DNA from: an uncultured Candidatus Saccharibacteria bacterium
GTDB lineage: Bacteria > Patescibacteriota > Minisyncoccia > Portnoybacterales > UBA2143
Assembly: GCA_964565215.1 (NCBI GenBank)
Contig: CAZMCO010000001.1
Location: forward strand, 2,025-66,024
DNA length: 64,000 nt
Reading direction: 5' to 3'
A model generated the notes under the pieces. That model did no database searches and was not told the origin of the DNA. It saw only the letters and a list, made by a program, of their open reading frames with translations. Position 1 is the stretch's first letter. Each line of letters starts with the position of its first letter. The position numbers and the translations under genes are program-made. Below are positions 1-8,927 of this stretch, one piece after another.

Positions 1-129
1 TCAGAACTTTTAGTCACCTTAAAAGAAGTCGCTTCTTTGTTAGAACCATTTATGCCAGCCACCTCAGAAAAAATCTTAAACCAAATCAAGCAGAATAAAA
101 AAACCGCGGCCTTATTTCCCCGGCTGTAA
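1..129 (+). CDS. metG: methionyl-tRNA synthetase, C-terminal fragment (gene starts upstream of window)
   Basis: Frame 1 is open from base 1 to TAA at 127-129. The peptide ...LEPFMPATSEKILNQIK... matches the conserved C-terminal helix of class I MetRS anticodon-binding domains. Confidence 0.45.
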   Translation, partial: SELLVTLKEVASLLEPFMPATSEKILNQIKQNKKTAALFPRL

Positions 130-135
130 AATTCT

Positions 136-936
136 ATGTCTAAACCTTTTTTGATTGATAGTCACGCTCATGTTAATCTTAATGCTTATAAAGACGATGG
201 TGATGAAGTAATTAAGCGGACTTTAAAAGAAAATATTTGGCTGATTAATATCGGCGCTCAATACAGCACCAGCCGTCGGGCGGTTCAGTATGCCGGAAAA
301 TATAAAGAAGGCGTTTATGCAGCAGTTGGGCTTCATCCAATTCATATTTTAGAAGAATTTGAATCAACTAAATATAAGGAGTTATTAGAAAATCCTAAGA
401 CAGTGGCTATGGGAGAGATTGGCCTAGAATATGGAGAGGGAATTAGCCAAGCAGCCAAAGATAAACAGAAAAAGGTTTTAATAGAACAATTGGAATTGGC
501 CCAACAAATAGACAAACCAGTTGTTTTCCATTGCCGTAAGGCCTACGATGATTTGATTGAATTATTAGTTCAATTTCAAACTGGTTGCGCTAATTGTCCA
601 ATGGCCTGCTCATCAGGCCTGCGAGGTGTTTTTCATTGTTTTATGGGTCGTTGGTCCCAGGCAGAAAAACTTTTATCAATGGGATTCTATTTTGGCTTTA
701 ATGGCTTGATTACTTATGCTCGTGATTATGATAAAGTCATTGAAAAGCTGCCTTTAGAGAAAATATTATTGGAAACTGATTGTCCTTATTTAACGCCAGT
801 GCCTCACCGAGGCAAAAGAAACGAACCCTTATATGTCAAATATGTCGCGGAAAAGATTGCTGAAATTAAGGGAATAAAATTGGAAAAAGTCGCCCAACAA
901 ACAACTAAAAATGCGAGGGAGTTGTTTAATATCTAA
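136..936 (+). CDS. TatD-family metal-dependent hydrolase/DNase
   Basis: N-terminal DSHAHVN motif, 266 aa, and a TIM-barrel hydrolase signature (HCF..G, E..D). It sits 6 nt downstream of the metG stop. Confidence 0.85.
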   Translation: MSKPFLIDSHAHVNLNAYKDDGDEVIKRTLKENIWLINIGAQYSTSRRAVQYAGKYKEGVYAAVGLHPIHILEEFESTKYKELLENPKTVAMGEIGLEYGEGISQAAKDKQKKVLIEQLELAQQIDKPVVFHCRKAYDDLIELLVQFQTGCANCPMACSSGLRGVFHCFMGRWSQAEKLLSMGFYFGFNGLITYARDYDKVIEKLPLEKILLETDCPYLTPVPHRGKRNEPLYVKYVAEKIAEIKGIKLEKVAQQTTKNARELFNI

Positions 937-942
937 GGACGC

Positions 943-3342
943 ATGAAATACAATCCGCAAAAAATTGAAAAAAAGTGGCAAGAGAAATGGGCTAAACAGA
1001 AGCTTTATCAGGCCGAGGATTTTTCTAAAAAACCGAAAAAATATATTATGGTGGAATTTCCTTATCCTTCAGGCGATGGCTTGCATGTTGGCCATGTCCG
1101 CAGTTATACGGCTCTTGATGCTTTGGCTCGCAAGAAAAGAATGGAAGGATACAACGTTCTTTACCCGATGGGCTGGGATGCTTTTGGTTTACCGACGGAA
1201 AATTATGCTATCAAAACCGGTATTCACCCAGCTAAAGTGACTGAAGAAAATATTAAGGTTTTTAAAAAACAAATGAACTCACTTGGTCTTTCTTTTGACT
1301 GGTCTAGAGAAATTAATACAACTGATCCTAGGTATTATAAATGGAGCCAATGGATTTTTCTGCAGTTTTTTAAAAAAGGGTTGGCTTATCAATCAGAAAT
1401 GCCCATTAACTGGTGTCCCAGCTGTAAAATTGGTTTGGCTAATGAAGAAGTTATTAGCGGCAAGTGCGAACGCTGCGGCGCTCAAACCGAAAAAAAATTA
1501 ATTAAGCAATGGCTTTTAAAAATTACCAAATATGCTGACCGATTGATTGATGATTTAGAAAAAATTAATTATTTAGAAAAAATTAAAACCCAGCAGATTA
1601 ATTGGATTGGCCGCAGTTATGGAACAGAAATTGATTTTCCAGTCGTTGACTCAAAAGATGTAATTGTTGTCTTTACTACTCGGGTGGATACTATTTTTGG
1701 CATTACCGCTATGATTATCGCCCCAGAACATCCTCTATTGGAGAAATTGACTAGTCCTGAAAATAAAGAGCAAGTTAAAGAGTATGTTTTGGCTTCCAAA
1801 AAGAAAAGTGAGTTTGAAAGAACTCAATTAGAAAAAGAAAAGACTGGTGTTTTTCTCGGCTCTTATTGTCTTAATCCAATCAATCAGGAAAAAGTACCGA
1901 TTTGGGTCAGTGATTATGTCATTGCTACTTATGGCGGTGGGGCAGTCATGATTGTCCCGGCTCATGATAAACGTGATTATGCTTTTGCCAAAAAATATGG
2001 TTTGGAAATTCGGGAAGTTATTTCAGGCGGCAATATTAATAAAGAACCTTATCTGGAATATGGTAAATTAATTAATTCAGGTGATTTTAACGACTTATCT
2101 TTTCAAGAAGCAATTAAGAAAATTACTGATTGGTTGATAAAAAATAAATGCGGCCGTCAGACAGTCCAATATAAATTGCGTGATTGGATTTTTTCCCGCC
2201 AGCATTATTGGGGAGAACCCATCCCGATTATTCATTGTTCAAAATGCGGTGCCCTAGCTGTGCCAGAAAAAGATTTACCAGTTAAATTGCCTTACCTAAA
2301 AAAATATCAGCCCAGTCAAACCGGTCAGTCCCCTTTGGTTAAAATAAAAGAATGGCTAGAGACAAAATGTCCCAAGTGTGGCGGTCCAGCCCAAAGAGAA
2401 ACCGACACTATGCCTAATTGGGCTGGCTCTTCTTGGTACTTTTTAAGATATATTGACCCCAATAATGATAAAAAGTTTGCTAATTTTAAGAAGTTGAAAT
2501 ACTGGCTGCCAGTTGATCTTTACAATGGCGGTATGGAACATACCACCCTTCATCTGCTTTACTCTCGTTTTTGGCATAAATTTTTATATGACCTCGGTTT
2601 TGTCCCGACCACTGAACCCTATCAACGTCGCTATTCACATGGAGTTGTTTTAGCTGAAGATGGTCGCAAGATGAGTAAAAGTTTTAATAATGTTATTAGG
2701 CCAGATGATGTTATTAAAAGATATGGAGCTGATACTCTACGAATTTATGAAATGTTTATGGGGCCTTTTGACCAAATGATTAACTGGAACACTAAAGGAG
2801 TTCAAGGTTGTTGGCGTTTTCTTAATCGAGTTTGGCAAATATTTAATGATAAACAGAAGATAGGGACTAAAACAGATAAAGAATTATTATCTAAATTACA
2901 TCAATTAATTAAAAAAGCCAGCGCTGATTTAGAAGCCATGAAATTTAATACAGCTGTCGCATTTTTTATGAAATTTGTTAATGCCTGGGCCGAGGGCAAG
3001 CGGATTTTATCTAAAAAAGAAGCCGATATTTTCTTACGGCTTTTAGCTCCTCTAGCTCCTCATATTGCCGAAGAACTCTGGGAACAATTGGGCCACCGAG
3101 ACAGTATTTTAAAAGAAAAATGGCCTCTTTATGACAAGAAGCTCATTGAAGAAGGAACTTTCCAATTGATTATTCAGATTAACGGTAAGGTTCGAGACAA
3201 AATAGAAGTTAAAAAAGATATTTCTGAAAAAGAAATTAAAAAGCTGGTTTTATCCCAAGAAAAAGTTCAAAAATGGTTGGCCAACAAGCAAGCCAAAAAG
3301 ATAATTTATATTCCTAAAAGATTAATTAATTTAGTCGTATAA
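943..3342 (+). CDS. leuS: leucyl-tRNA synthetase
   Basis: HVGH (HIGH) motif, a KMSKS motif, and the LeuRS-typical string YNVLYPMGWDAFGLPTENYAIKTG. Length is 799 aa. Confidence 0.95.
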   Translation: MKYNPQKIEKKWQEKWAKQKLYQAEDFSKKPKKYIMVEFPYPSGDGLHVGHVRSYTALDALARKKRMEGYNVLYPMGWDAFGLPTENYAIKTGIHPAKVTEENIKVFKKQMNSLGLSFDWSREINTTDPRYYKWSQWIFLQFFKKGLAYQSEMPINWCPSCKIGLANEEVISGKCERCGAQTEKKLIKQWLLKITKYADRLIDDLEKINYLEKIKTQQINWIGRSYGTEIDFPVVDSKDVIVVFTTRVDTIFGITAMIIAPEHPLLEKLTSPENKEQVKEYVLASKKKSEFERTQLEKEKTGVFLGSYCLNPINQEKVPIWVSDYVIATYGGGAVMIVPAHDKRDYAFAKKYGLEIREVISGGNINKEPYLEYGKLINSGDFNDLSFQEAIKKITDWLIKNKCGRQTVQYKLRDWIFSRQHYWGEPIPIIHCSKCGALAVPEKDLPVKLPYLKKYQPSQTGQSPLVKIKEWLETKCPKCGGPAQRETDTMPNWAGSSWYFLRYIDPNNDKKFANFKKLKYWLPVDLYNGGMEHTTLHLLYSRFWHKFLYDLGFVPTTEPYQRRYSHGVVLAEDGRKMSKSFNNVIRPDDVIKRYGADTLRIYEMFMGPFDQMINWNTKGVQGCWRFLNRVWQIFNDKQKIGTKTDKELLSKLHQLIKKASADLEAMKFNTAVAFFMKFVNAWAEGKRILSKKEADIFLRLLAPLAPHIAEELWEQLGHRDSILKEKWPLYDKKLIEEGTFQLIIQINGKVRDKIEVKKDISEKEIKKLVLSQEKVQKWLANKQAKKIIYIPKRLINLVV

Positions 3343-3343
3343 A

Positions 3344-3378
3344 AAGACGCCAAAGTTTTTACTCTGGCGTTTTTTTTA
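3344..3378 (+). terminator. rho-independent terminator after leuS
   Basis: GC-rich imperfect hairpin (acgccaaag...ctctggcgt) followed by a T8 run. Confidence 0.6.
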
Positions 3379-3405
3379 AGAGGGTTCTTAGTTCTTAATA
3401 GTTAA

Positions 3406-3762
3406 TTAGTAGTTAATAAGTTTATTAACTGTTTCAAAGAGAAAAGAAAGATTGAATGGTTTTTTTACTATTTCGTCGGCGGGATTTTCTTCGGGGATTA
3501 GATCTGGTCGACCAGTCATAATAATAACTGGTAGATTAGGAGATTTTGTTTTAATTATTTTAGCTAATTCCAGGCCATCCATTTGAGGCATATTCATGTC
3601 AGTTATAATCAATTGAGGTATATTATATCCATTTTGAATATGCAGTAAGGCCTGGTCTCCGTCAAGGCAAGAGTAGGTTTCAAATCCTTTATAGTTTAGA
3701 GATCGCTCTAAAACTTCGGCAATTTCTGGTTCATCATCAACGACTAAAATCTTTTTTGGCAT
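3406..3762 (-). CDS. single-domain response regulator (CheY-like receiver)
   Basis: ILVVDDEP N-terminus with a conserved Asp pocket, 118 aa, and no output domain. Confidence 0.8.
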   Translation of the reverse strand: MPKKILVVDDEPEIAEVLERSLNYKGFETYSCLDGDQALLHIQNGYNIPQLIITDMNMPQMDGLELAKIIKTKSPNLPVIIMTGRPDLIPEENPADEIVKKPFNLSFLFETVNKLINY

Positions 3763-3851
3763 TGTTTCTCCTGACCCTCCTTATTTTTTGTTTTTATTAA
3801 AGAACCCTTTAGTTATAGATATTATGATAATCATTTTACCTTGTCAAGTGT

Positions 3852-4496
3852 ATGGAAATTATTAAAATTAATTTATCAACTGATTGGAATAATCCGAAGA
3901 TTATTCATAAAGCCATGACTGTTATTCAGAGAAATGGCAGTATTGTTTATCCAACTGATACAGTTTATGGCTTAGGGGTAAATGCTTTGCGAGTTCATTG
4001 TCTGGAACGCCTCTTTAAGATAAAAAAACGACCGGAAACTAAGCCAGTCCCAGTGATGATTGGTGATATTGCCATGGCTAAAAAGTTAGCTTTTATTGAT
4101 AGAAAAACAGAAAAAATTTTAGAAGCAGTTTGGCCAGGACCAGTCACTGTTATTTTAAAAAAAAGAGAGATTGTTCCAGATATCTTAACGGCTGGCAAAA
4201 TGACTATTGGCTTGAGAATTCCTGATTGTCGACTTATTCAAGTTTTGTTAGCCAATTTAGAAGAACCAATAACTGCTACCTCGGCTAATTTTTCTGGTAA
4301 CCCTTCTTTAATTTCAGCCGTTGAAATTATTGAAATATTTGCCAAGGCCTATCCTCGACCTGATTTAATTTTAGATGCTGGCGATTTACCAAATAGTCTG
4401 CCATCGACTGTTTTGGATTTAACTGGCTCTCAGCCAAAAATCTTGCGAGTTGGACCAACTAGTAAAAAAAACTTATTAAAATTTCTTGGAACTTAA
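3852..4496 (+). CDS. tsaC: L-threonylcarbamoyladenylate synthase (YrdC/Sua5 family)
   Basis: YPTDTVYGLG motif and 214 aa length are typical of YrdC. Confidence 0.85.
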   Translation: MEIIKINLSTDWNNPKIIHKAMTVIQRNGSIVYPTDTVYGLGVNALRVHCLERLFKIKKRPETKPVPVMIGDIAMAKKLAFIDRKTEKILEAVWPGPVTVILKKREIVPDILTAGKMTIGLRIPDCRLIQVLLANLEEPITATSANFSGNPSLISAVEIIEIFAKAYPRPDLILDAGDLPNSLPSTVLDLTGSQPKILRVGPTSKKNLLKFLGT

Positions 4497-5032
4497 TGGA
4501 TTCTTATCTTTTTCATTTTTTAAATCAATGGGCCGGCCAATGGATTTGCTTAGATACCCTGGCTATTTTTGTAGCCATATTTTTACCTTATTGGCTAGTG
4601 GTTTTTTTAATTGGTTGGCTGATTTGGAAGAAAACAATCAAGATGATTGTTGTATCTTTAGTAGCCGCTCTTTTTGGCCGTTTTATTATCACTGAAATAA
4701 TTCGCTGGTTTTATTATCAACCACGCCCTTTTGTGGCTGAACAGGTTAATCAATTGGTTGAGCATTCAACCAGCGGCTCTTTCCCTTCTGGCCACGCCGC
4801 TTTTTTCTTTGCTTTAAGTATGGTTATTTATTTACATAACAAAAAAGCTGGCTGGGTATTTTTTACCGCCAGTTTTTTAATTGGCTTAGCCAGGATTTTT
4901 ACTGGACTTCATTATCCTTCAGATATCTTAGCCGGGACGCTGATTGGCTTATTTTTTGGCTGGTTGATTTACTTTCTTTGGTGCCGGAGGCGGGAGTCGA
5001 ACCCGCAAGGACCAAAGTCCACAGCATTTTGA
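4496..5032 (+). CDS. PAP2-family membrane phosphatase (undecaprenyl-diphosphatase-like)
   Basis: PSGH and HYPSD PAP2 motifs with multiple TM segments. The 3' end runs antisense into tRNA-Leu(CAA). Confidence 0.65.
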   Translation: MDSYLFHFLNQWAGQWICLDTLAIFVAIFLPYWLVVFLIGWLIWKKTIKMIVVSLVAALFGRFIITEIIRWFYYQPRPFVAEQVNQLVEHSTSGSFPSGHAAFFFALSMVIYLHNKKAGWVFFTASFLIGLARIFTGLHYPSDILAGTLIGLFFGWLIYFLWCRRRESNPQGPKSTAF

Positions 5033-5065
5033 GTGCTGCGTGTCTGCCAGTTCCACCACTCCGGC
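4979..5065 (-). tRNA. tRNA-Leu (anticodon CAA), long variable arm, CCA encoded
   Basis: Manual fold. The acceptor arms GCCGGAG / CTCCGGC pair, the anticodon stem CAGCA/TGCTG closes a CTCAAAA loop, and the T-loop reads GGTTCGACTCC. Confidence 0.8.
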
Positions 5066-5129
5066 TTATTAATATTCTCTCTTAAAATCCCCTTGTTGTC
5101 AATTGGAAATCAGAGTATAATAGAAGTGT

Positions 5130-5894
5130 ATGGCTCAAATAATCAGTTTGGTCAATCAGAAAGGGGGTGTTGGCAAGAGCACATCGGCTATAAATTTATC
5201 TGGTTACTTGGCAGCTATGGGTAAATATGTTCTTTTGGTTGATATTGACCCGCAAGCCAATGCTACTTCGGGAATTGGTTTAGACCCCCAAAATCTTCCC
5301 TTAAATTTATATCATTCTTTAATTGGCGGTCTTTTACCTGAAGAAATTATTCGTCAGACAGCTCTTTTTGGCTATGATATTATGCCAGCGGCTCCTGATT
5401 TGGCCGGGGCAACCGTAGAATTAGTTTCCCAGCCCAATCGGGAATTCAAACTTTACGAATTACTCCGTCGGATTAGAACTAATTATGATTATATTTTAGT
5501 TGATTGTCCTCCCAGTTTGGGTCTTTTAACTATTAATGGTTTAGTAGCCGCTGACGAAGTAATTATTCCAGTTCAGTGTGAATATTATGCCTTAGAAGGA
5601 CTAGGACAGCTTTTAAGAACCATTGAATTGGTCCAGGAAAATTTAGCCAGTCCAACAAAAATTAAAGGAGCTTTATTAACTATGCATGATCGTCGCAATA
5701 AACTTTCCCGGCAGGTAAAAAAAGAAATGGAAAGAAATTTTTCAGGTTATATTTTTGGGGCAGTCATTCCTCGTTGTGTTAAATTGGCCGAAGCGCCCAG
5801 TTTTGGTCAATCGATTCTTCAATATAATCCTCATTCTAAAGGAGCTAAGGCCTATCGACAGTTGGCTCAAGAAATAATTGGCCTTGACAAATAA
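5130..5894 (+). CDS. parA: chromosome partitioning ATPase ParA/Soj
   Basis: Deviant Walker A KGGVGKST motif; 254 aa. Confidence 0.9.
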   Translation: MAQIISLVNQKGGVGKSTSAINLSGYLAAMGKYVLLVDIDPQANATSGIGLDPQNLPLNLYHSLIGGLLPEEIIRQTALFGYDIMPAAPDLAGATVELVSQPNREFKLYELLRRIRTNYDYILVDCPPSLGLLTINGLVAADEVIIPVQCEYYALEGLGQLLRTIELVQENLASPTKIKGALLTMHDRRNKLSRQVKKEMERNFSGYIFGAVIPRCVKLAEAPSFGQSILQYNPHSKGAKAYRQLAQEIIGLDK

Positions 5895-5897
5895 TTT

Positions 5898-6806
5898 ATG
5901 AAAACATCGCTTGGTAAAGGATTACAATCTTTGATTCCTAAAAAACAGTCTAAAATAGCTAGCTTGATTAAAAATCAATCTAGGAGAGAAAGCTGGCTGG
6001 GGGCAAAAAAGGAAAGTATTTTTAATATAGAGATTGATAAGATTAGGCCTAATCCTCGCCAGCCCCGTAAAAACTTATCTAAAGATAGCTTGAAAGAGAT
6101 GGCTGATTCTATCAGAGAGCATGGCATTCTTCAGCCTTTGATTGTTACTAAAATTGAGAAACCAACTGAACGAGGCCGCCAAGTAGAGTATGAATTAGTA
6201 GCTGGTGAACGGAGATGGAGAGCGGCTCAAATGGCTGGCCTACCCCATGTACCAGTAATTATTCGGGATAGTTCAGCTAATGAAAAATTAGAGCTAGCTT
6301 TAGTAGAAAATCTCCAACGAGAGAATCTTAATCCCATTGAGACGGCCCAGGCCTATAAGCAACTCCGAGACGATTTTAAGTTAAAGCATAGTCAGATTGC
6401 TCAAAAAGTAGGCAAGAGTCGGGTAACCATAACTAATACTCTGCGACTTTTGGCTTTGCCGTCAAAAGTTCAAAAAGCAATGATGGAAGGTCGGATTACT
6501 GATGGTCATGGTCGAGCTATTTTAATGGCTAAACCGATGGCTCGCCTGTCTCTTTATCAAACGGTTATTAGAAATAATTTAGGTGTTCGTCAGACTGAAG
6601 ACAAAGCCAGGAAAGTAGCTTTGCCTAATAAGCTATACGCTCAAGGTCCAAAAAATCCTCTTTTTAGAAAAATAGAAAAAGACCTGGGAAAGGTCTTAAG
6701 TCAACGGGTAAGTATTCTTCGCAGAGGAGATATGGGGTATTTAAATATTGGCTTTGCTAGCCAGAAAGAATTAGACAAGGTAGTTAAGCACTTATTGAAA
6801 ATTTAG
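5898..6806 (+). CDS. parB: chromosome partitioning protein ParB/Spo0J
   Basis: ParB box (GERRWRAA) and an HTH region; it lies immediately after parA. Confidence 0.9.
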   Translation: MKTSLGKGLQSLIPKKQSKIASLIKNQSRRESWLGAKKESIFNIEIDKIRPNPRQPRKNLSKDSLKEMADSIREHGILQPLIVTKIEKPTERGRQVEYELVAGERRWRAAQMAGLPHVPVIIRDSSANEKLELALVENLQRENLNPIETAQAYKQLRDDFKLKHSQIAQKVGKSRVTITNTLRLLALPSKVQKAMMEGRITDGHGRAILMAKPMARLSLYQTVIRNNLGVRQTEDKARKVALPNKLYAQGPKNPLFRKIEKDLGKVLSQRVSILRRGDMGYLNIGFASQKELDKVVKHLLKI

Positions 6807-8272
6807 TTCTTTCTAAACCAGGCCTTGATTCTATTTTTAGCTTCATTAGTTTTAACAAATTTCAACCAATCTCTATTTGGTTTTTTATTTTTCTGAGTAA
6901 TAATTTCAATTACTTGACCGTTCTGTAATAATTGAGATAAAGAGCTTAACTTTCCATCTATTTTGACGCCGCTACATTGGTGACCAACGTCAGTATGAAT
7001 TTGATAGGCAAAGTCTATTGGGGTAGCTCCTTCTGGCAAATCAATGACATCGCCTTTGGGAGTGAAGACAAAAATGCGGTCCTTTAAAAAATCAATTTTT
7101 AATGAATTAATGAATTCTTGAGGCGAAGCAAATTTTTCTTTTTGCCACTCTTGAAGCTGTTTGACCCAAGTTAGTTCTTTTTTTAATTCTTTTTCTGGCC
7201 TTGGCTCTAAAATTCTTTTTTTTATATAATTCTTCAATCCTTTTTCCTCACTGTAGTGCCAGTGAGCAGCAATGCCATGTTCGGCTTCTTTATGCATTGC
7301 CAATGTCCGAATTTGGAATTCAGTGATTTTTCCTCCTTGGCAGAAGACGGTCGTATGAAGCGATTGATAACCATTAGGTTTAGGAATAGCAATGTAATCT
7401 TTGATTCGGCCAATCAAGGGTTTCCATTTTTTATGAATAATTCCCAAAGTGGCATAGCAACTTTCAATATCCGGCACAATAATTCGCAGAGCAACCAAGT
7501 CATAGATTTTATGCCAGTCCATATCATAGCGTTGAAGTTTTTTGTATAAACTATAGTAATGTTTGGTTCGGGCATGAATCTCAATTATTTCAACCCCTTG
7601 CCTGACTAAAATTTTTTTAACCAAAGGGATGATTTTTTGAAGATATTCTTTTGTCTGGCTGTATTTATCCTTAACTTGTTTAATTAGGTTTTGATATTCT
7701 TGAGGATAAGCGTAGCTAAAAGCCAGATCTTCTAATTGTCCTTTAAGCTCGCCGATGCCCAATCGGTAAGCTAAGGGAGCATAAATTTCCAAAGTTTCCA
7801 GAGCAATTCTTTTTTGTTTTTCCAAAGGGAAGATATAGAGAGTTCTTAAACCATGGAGTCGGTTGACTAATTTAATCAAGACAACGCGGATATCTTGAGC
7901 CATGGCCAGAAATAATTTACGAAGATTTTCTAAACTACGTTCAGCTTTTTGGTGTTCTATTTTGCCAACATTGGTTACTCCTTCAACTAAGAAAGTAATT
8001 TCCTGACCAAATTCCTTTTTAAGTTGCTCTTTAGTTAGCTTAGCTCTTTCTAATGTTTCATGGAGGATAGCGGTAACTACGCTGGCTGAATCCAATTTCA
8101 TTTTAGCCAAATCCAAGGCAATTTCTAAGCAGTGGTCAAAATAAGTTTGGCCAGAAAGCCGAACTAAGCCTTGATAATTTTCTTGAGCAAAAGAACAGGC
8201 TCTGGCGATTAAATTAAAGTCAAGTCTTGGATTAATCTTATTTAATTCTTCTAAAAATTGTTTTATCTCCAT
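6803..8272 (-). CDS. rel: RelA/SpoT-family (p)ppGpp synthetase/hydrolase, no ACT domain
   Basis: Contains an HD hydrolase motif, a synthetase domain and a TGS domain in 489 aa. Its 3' end overlaps the parB stop by 4 nt, convergent. Confidence 0.85.
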   Translation of the reverse strand: MEIKQFLEELNKINPRLDFNLIARACSFAQENYQGLVRLSGQTYFDHCLEIALDLAKMKLDSASVVTAILHETLERAKLTKEQLKKEFGQEITFLVEGVTNVGKIEHQKAERSLENLRKLFLAMAQDIRVVLIKLVNRLHGLRTLYIFPLEKQKRIALETLEIYAPLAYRLGIGELKGQLEDLAFSYAYPQEYQNLIKQVKDKYSQTKEYLQKIIPLVKKILVRQGVEIIEIHARTKHYYSLYKKLQRYDMDWHKIYDLVALRIIVPDIESCYATLGIIHKKWKPLIGRIKDYIAIPKPNGYQSLHTTVFCQGGKITEFQIRTLAMHKEAEHGIAAHWHYSEEKGLKNYIKKRILEPRPEKELKKELTWVKQLQEWQKEKFASPQEFINSLKIDFLKDRIFVFTPKGDVIDLPEGATPIDFAYQIHTDVGHQCSGVKIDGKLSSLSQLLQNGQVIEIITQKNKKPNRDWLKFVKTNEAKNRIKAWFRKN

Positions 8273-8393
8273 AGAGTTAATTGTAATATCTTGACAGGGT
8301 AATTGTAAAGGATATAATCAAGATAAGTTCTTTATCAATTTTTATCTTGGTTAGTTAAAAAGACAAACCTTCTTGAACTAAGGGGGGTTTATT

Positions 8394-8879
8394 ATGAAAA
8401 GAAAAAGAGAAAAAAGAATCAAGGCTACTTTGGTAGTGGCCGGATTATTGAAAAACCAGAGAGGGGAAATTTTGTTGGTAGAGCGAAATGGCGATTGGAC
8501 ATTGCCGACTGGTCATATGGATGTCCGCAGAGATAATAATTTAAAAGAAACCCTTGACAGAGAAATGAAAGAGGAATTAAAAGGATTGAAAAAGCTGATT
8601 ATTGTTGAGGCCTTAGACACCTTTGTTAGACATTCGGAATTAGTAAAGGAGAGAGATATTTCCCTAAAACCTAAATCTATAGCCATTTATTCTTGCAATG
8701 TTAATGGCAGTGAGATTGAATATTTTAATGAAGGCGGCAAAAAAAGAAAGAAAATATGGATAAGGCCTTCCCAAGCATTAGAACTGTCTAATGTAGATGA
8801 TTTAGCAAAACTAGGCCTGGAAAGTTTTTTGGGAAGATATCCAGGAGTTGCCAAGAAAGAAAGGGGGTTTGTTAACTAG
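8394..8879 (+). CDS. NUDIX-like hydrolase
   Basis: Approximate Nudix box (GHMDVRRDNNLKETLDREMKEELKG) in a 161-aa protein. Confidence 0.5.
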   Translation: MKRKREKRIKATLVVAGLLKNQRGEILLVERNGDWTLPTGHMDVRRDNNLKETLDREMKEELKGLKKLIIVEALDTFVRHSELVKERDISLKPKSIAIYSCNVNGSEIEYFNEGGKKRKKIWIRPSQALELSNVDDLAKLGLESFLGRYPGVAKKERGFVN

Positions 8880-8883
8880 CCAT

Positions 8884-8927
8884 TGCCCCGATTTTGTATT
8901 TCAAAAATCGGGGCTTATTTTTTTTCA
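8884..8927. terminator. bidirectional rho-independent terminator between the NUDIX gene and topA
   Basis: Hairpin gccccgatttt...aaaatcggggc flanked by A and T runs. Confidence 0.7.

Noticed and set aside
136-936. Cys-rich segment CANCPMACSSG in TatD as a metal-binding insertion
   Set aside because: It is short and poorly defined and could be a loop variation. There is not enough evidence to flag it.
1617-1799. Short antisense ORFs inside leuS, rel, ftsA, ftsZ, nrdJ, infB, ftsH, gyrA and others (e.g. 965-1240, 7256-7549, 21438-21701, 22916-23263, 42439-43278)
   Set aside because: They lie wholly within well-supported conserved genes on the other strand or in another frame. They have low-complexity compositions and are typical shadow ORFs.
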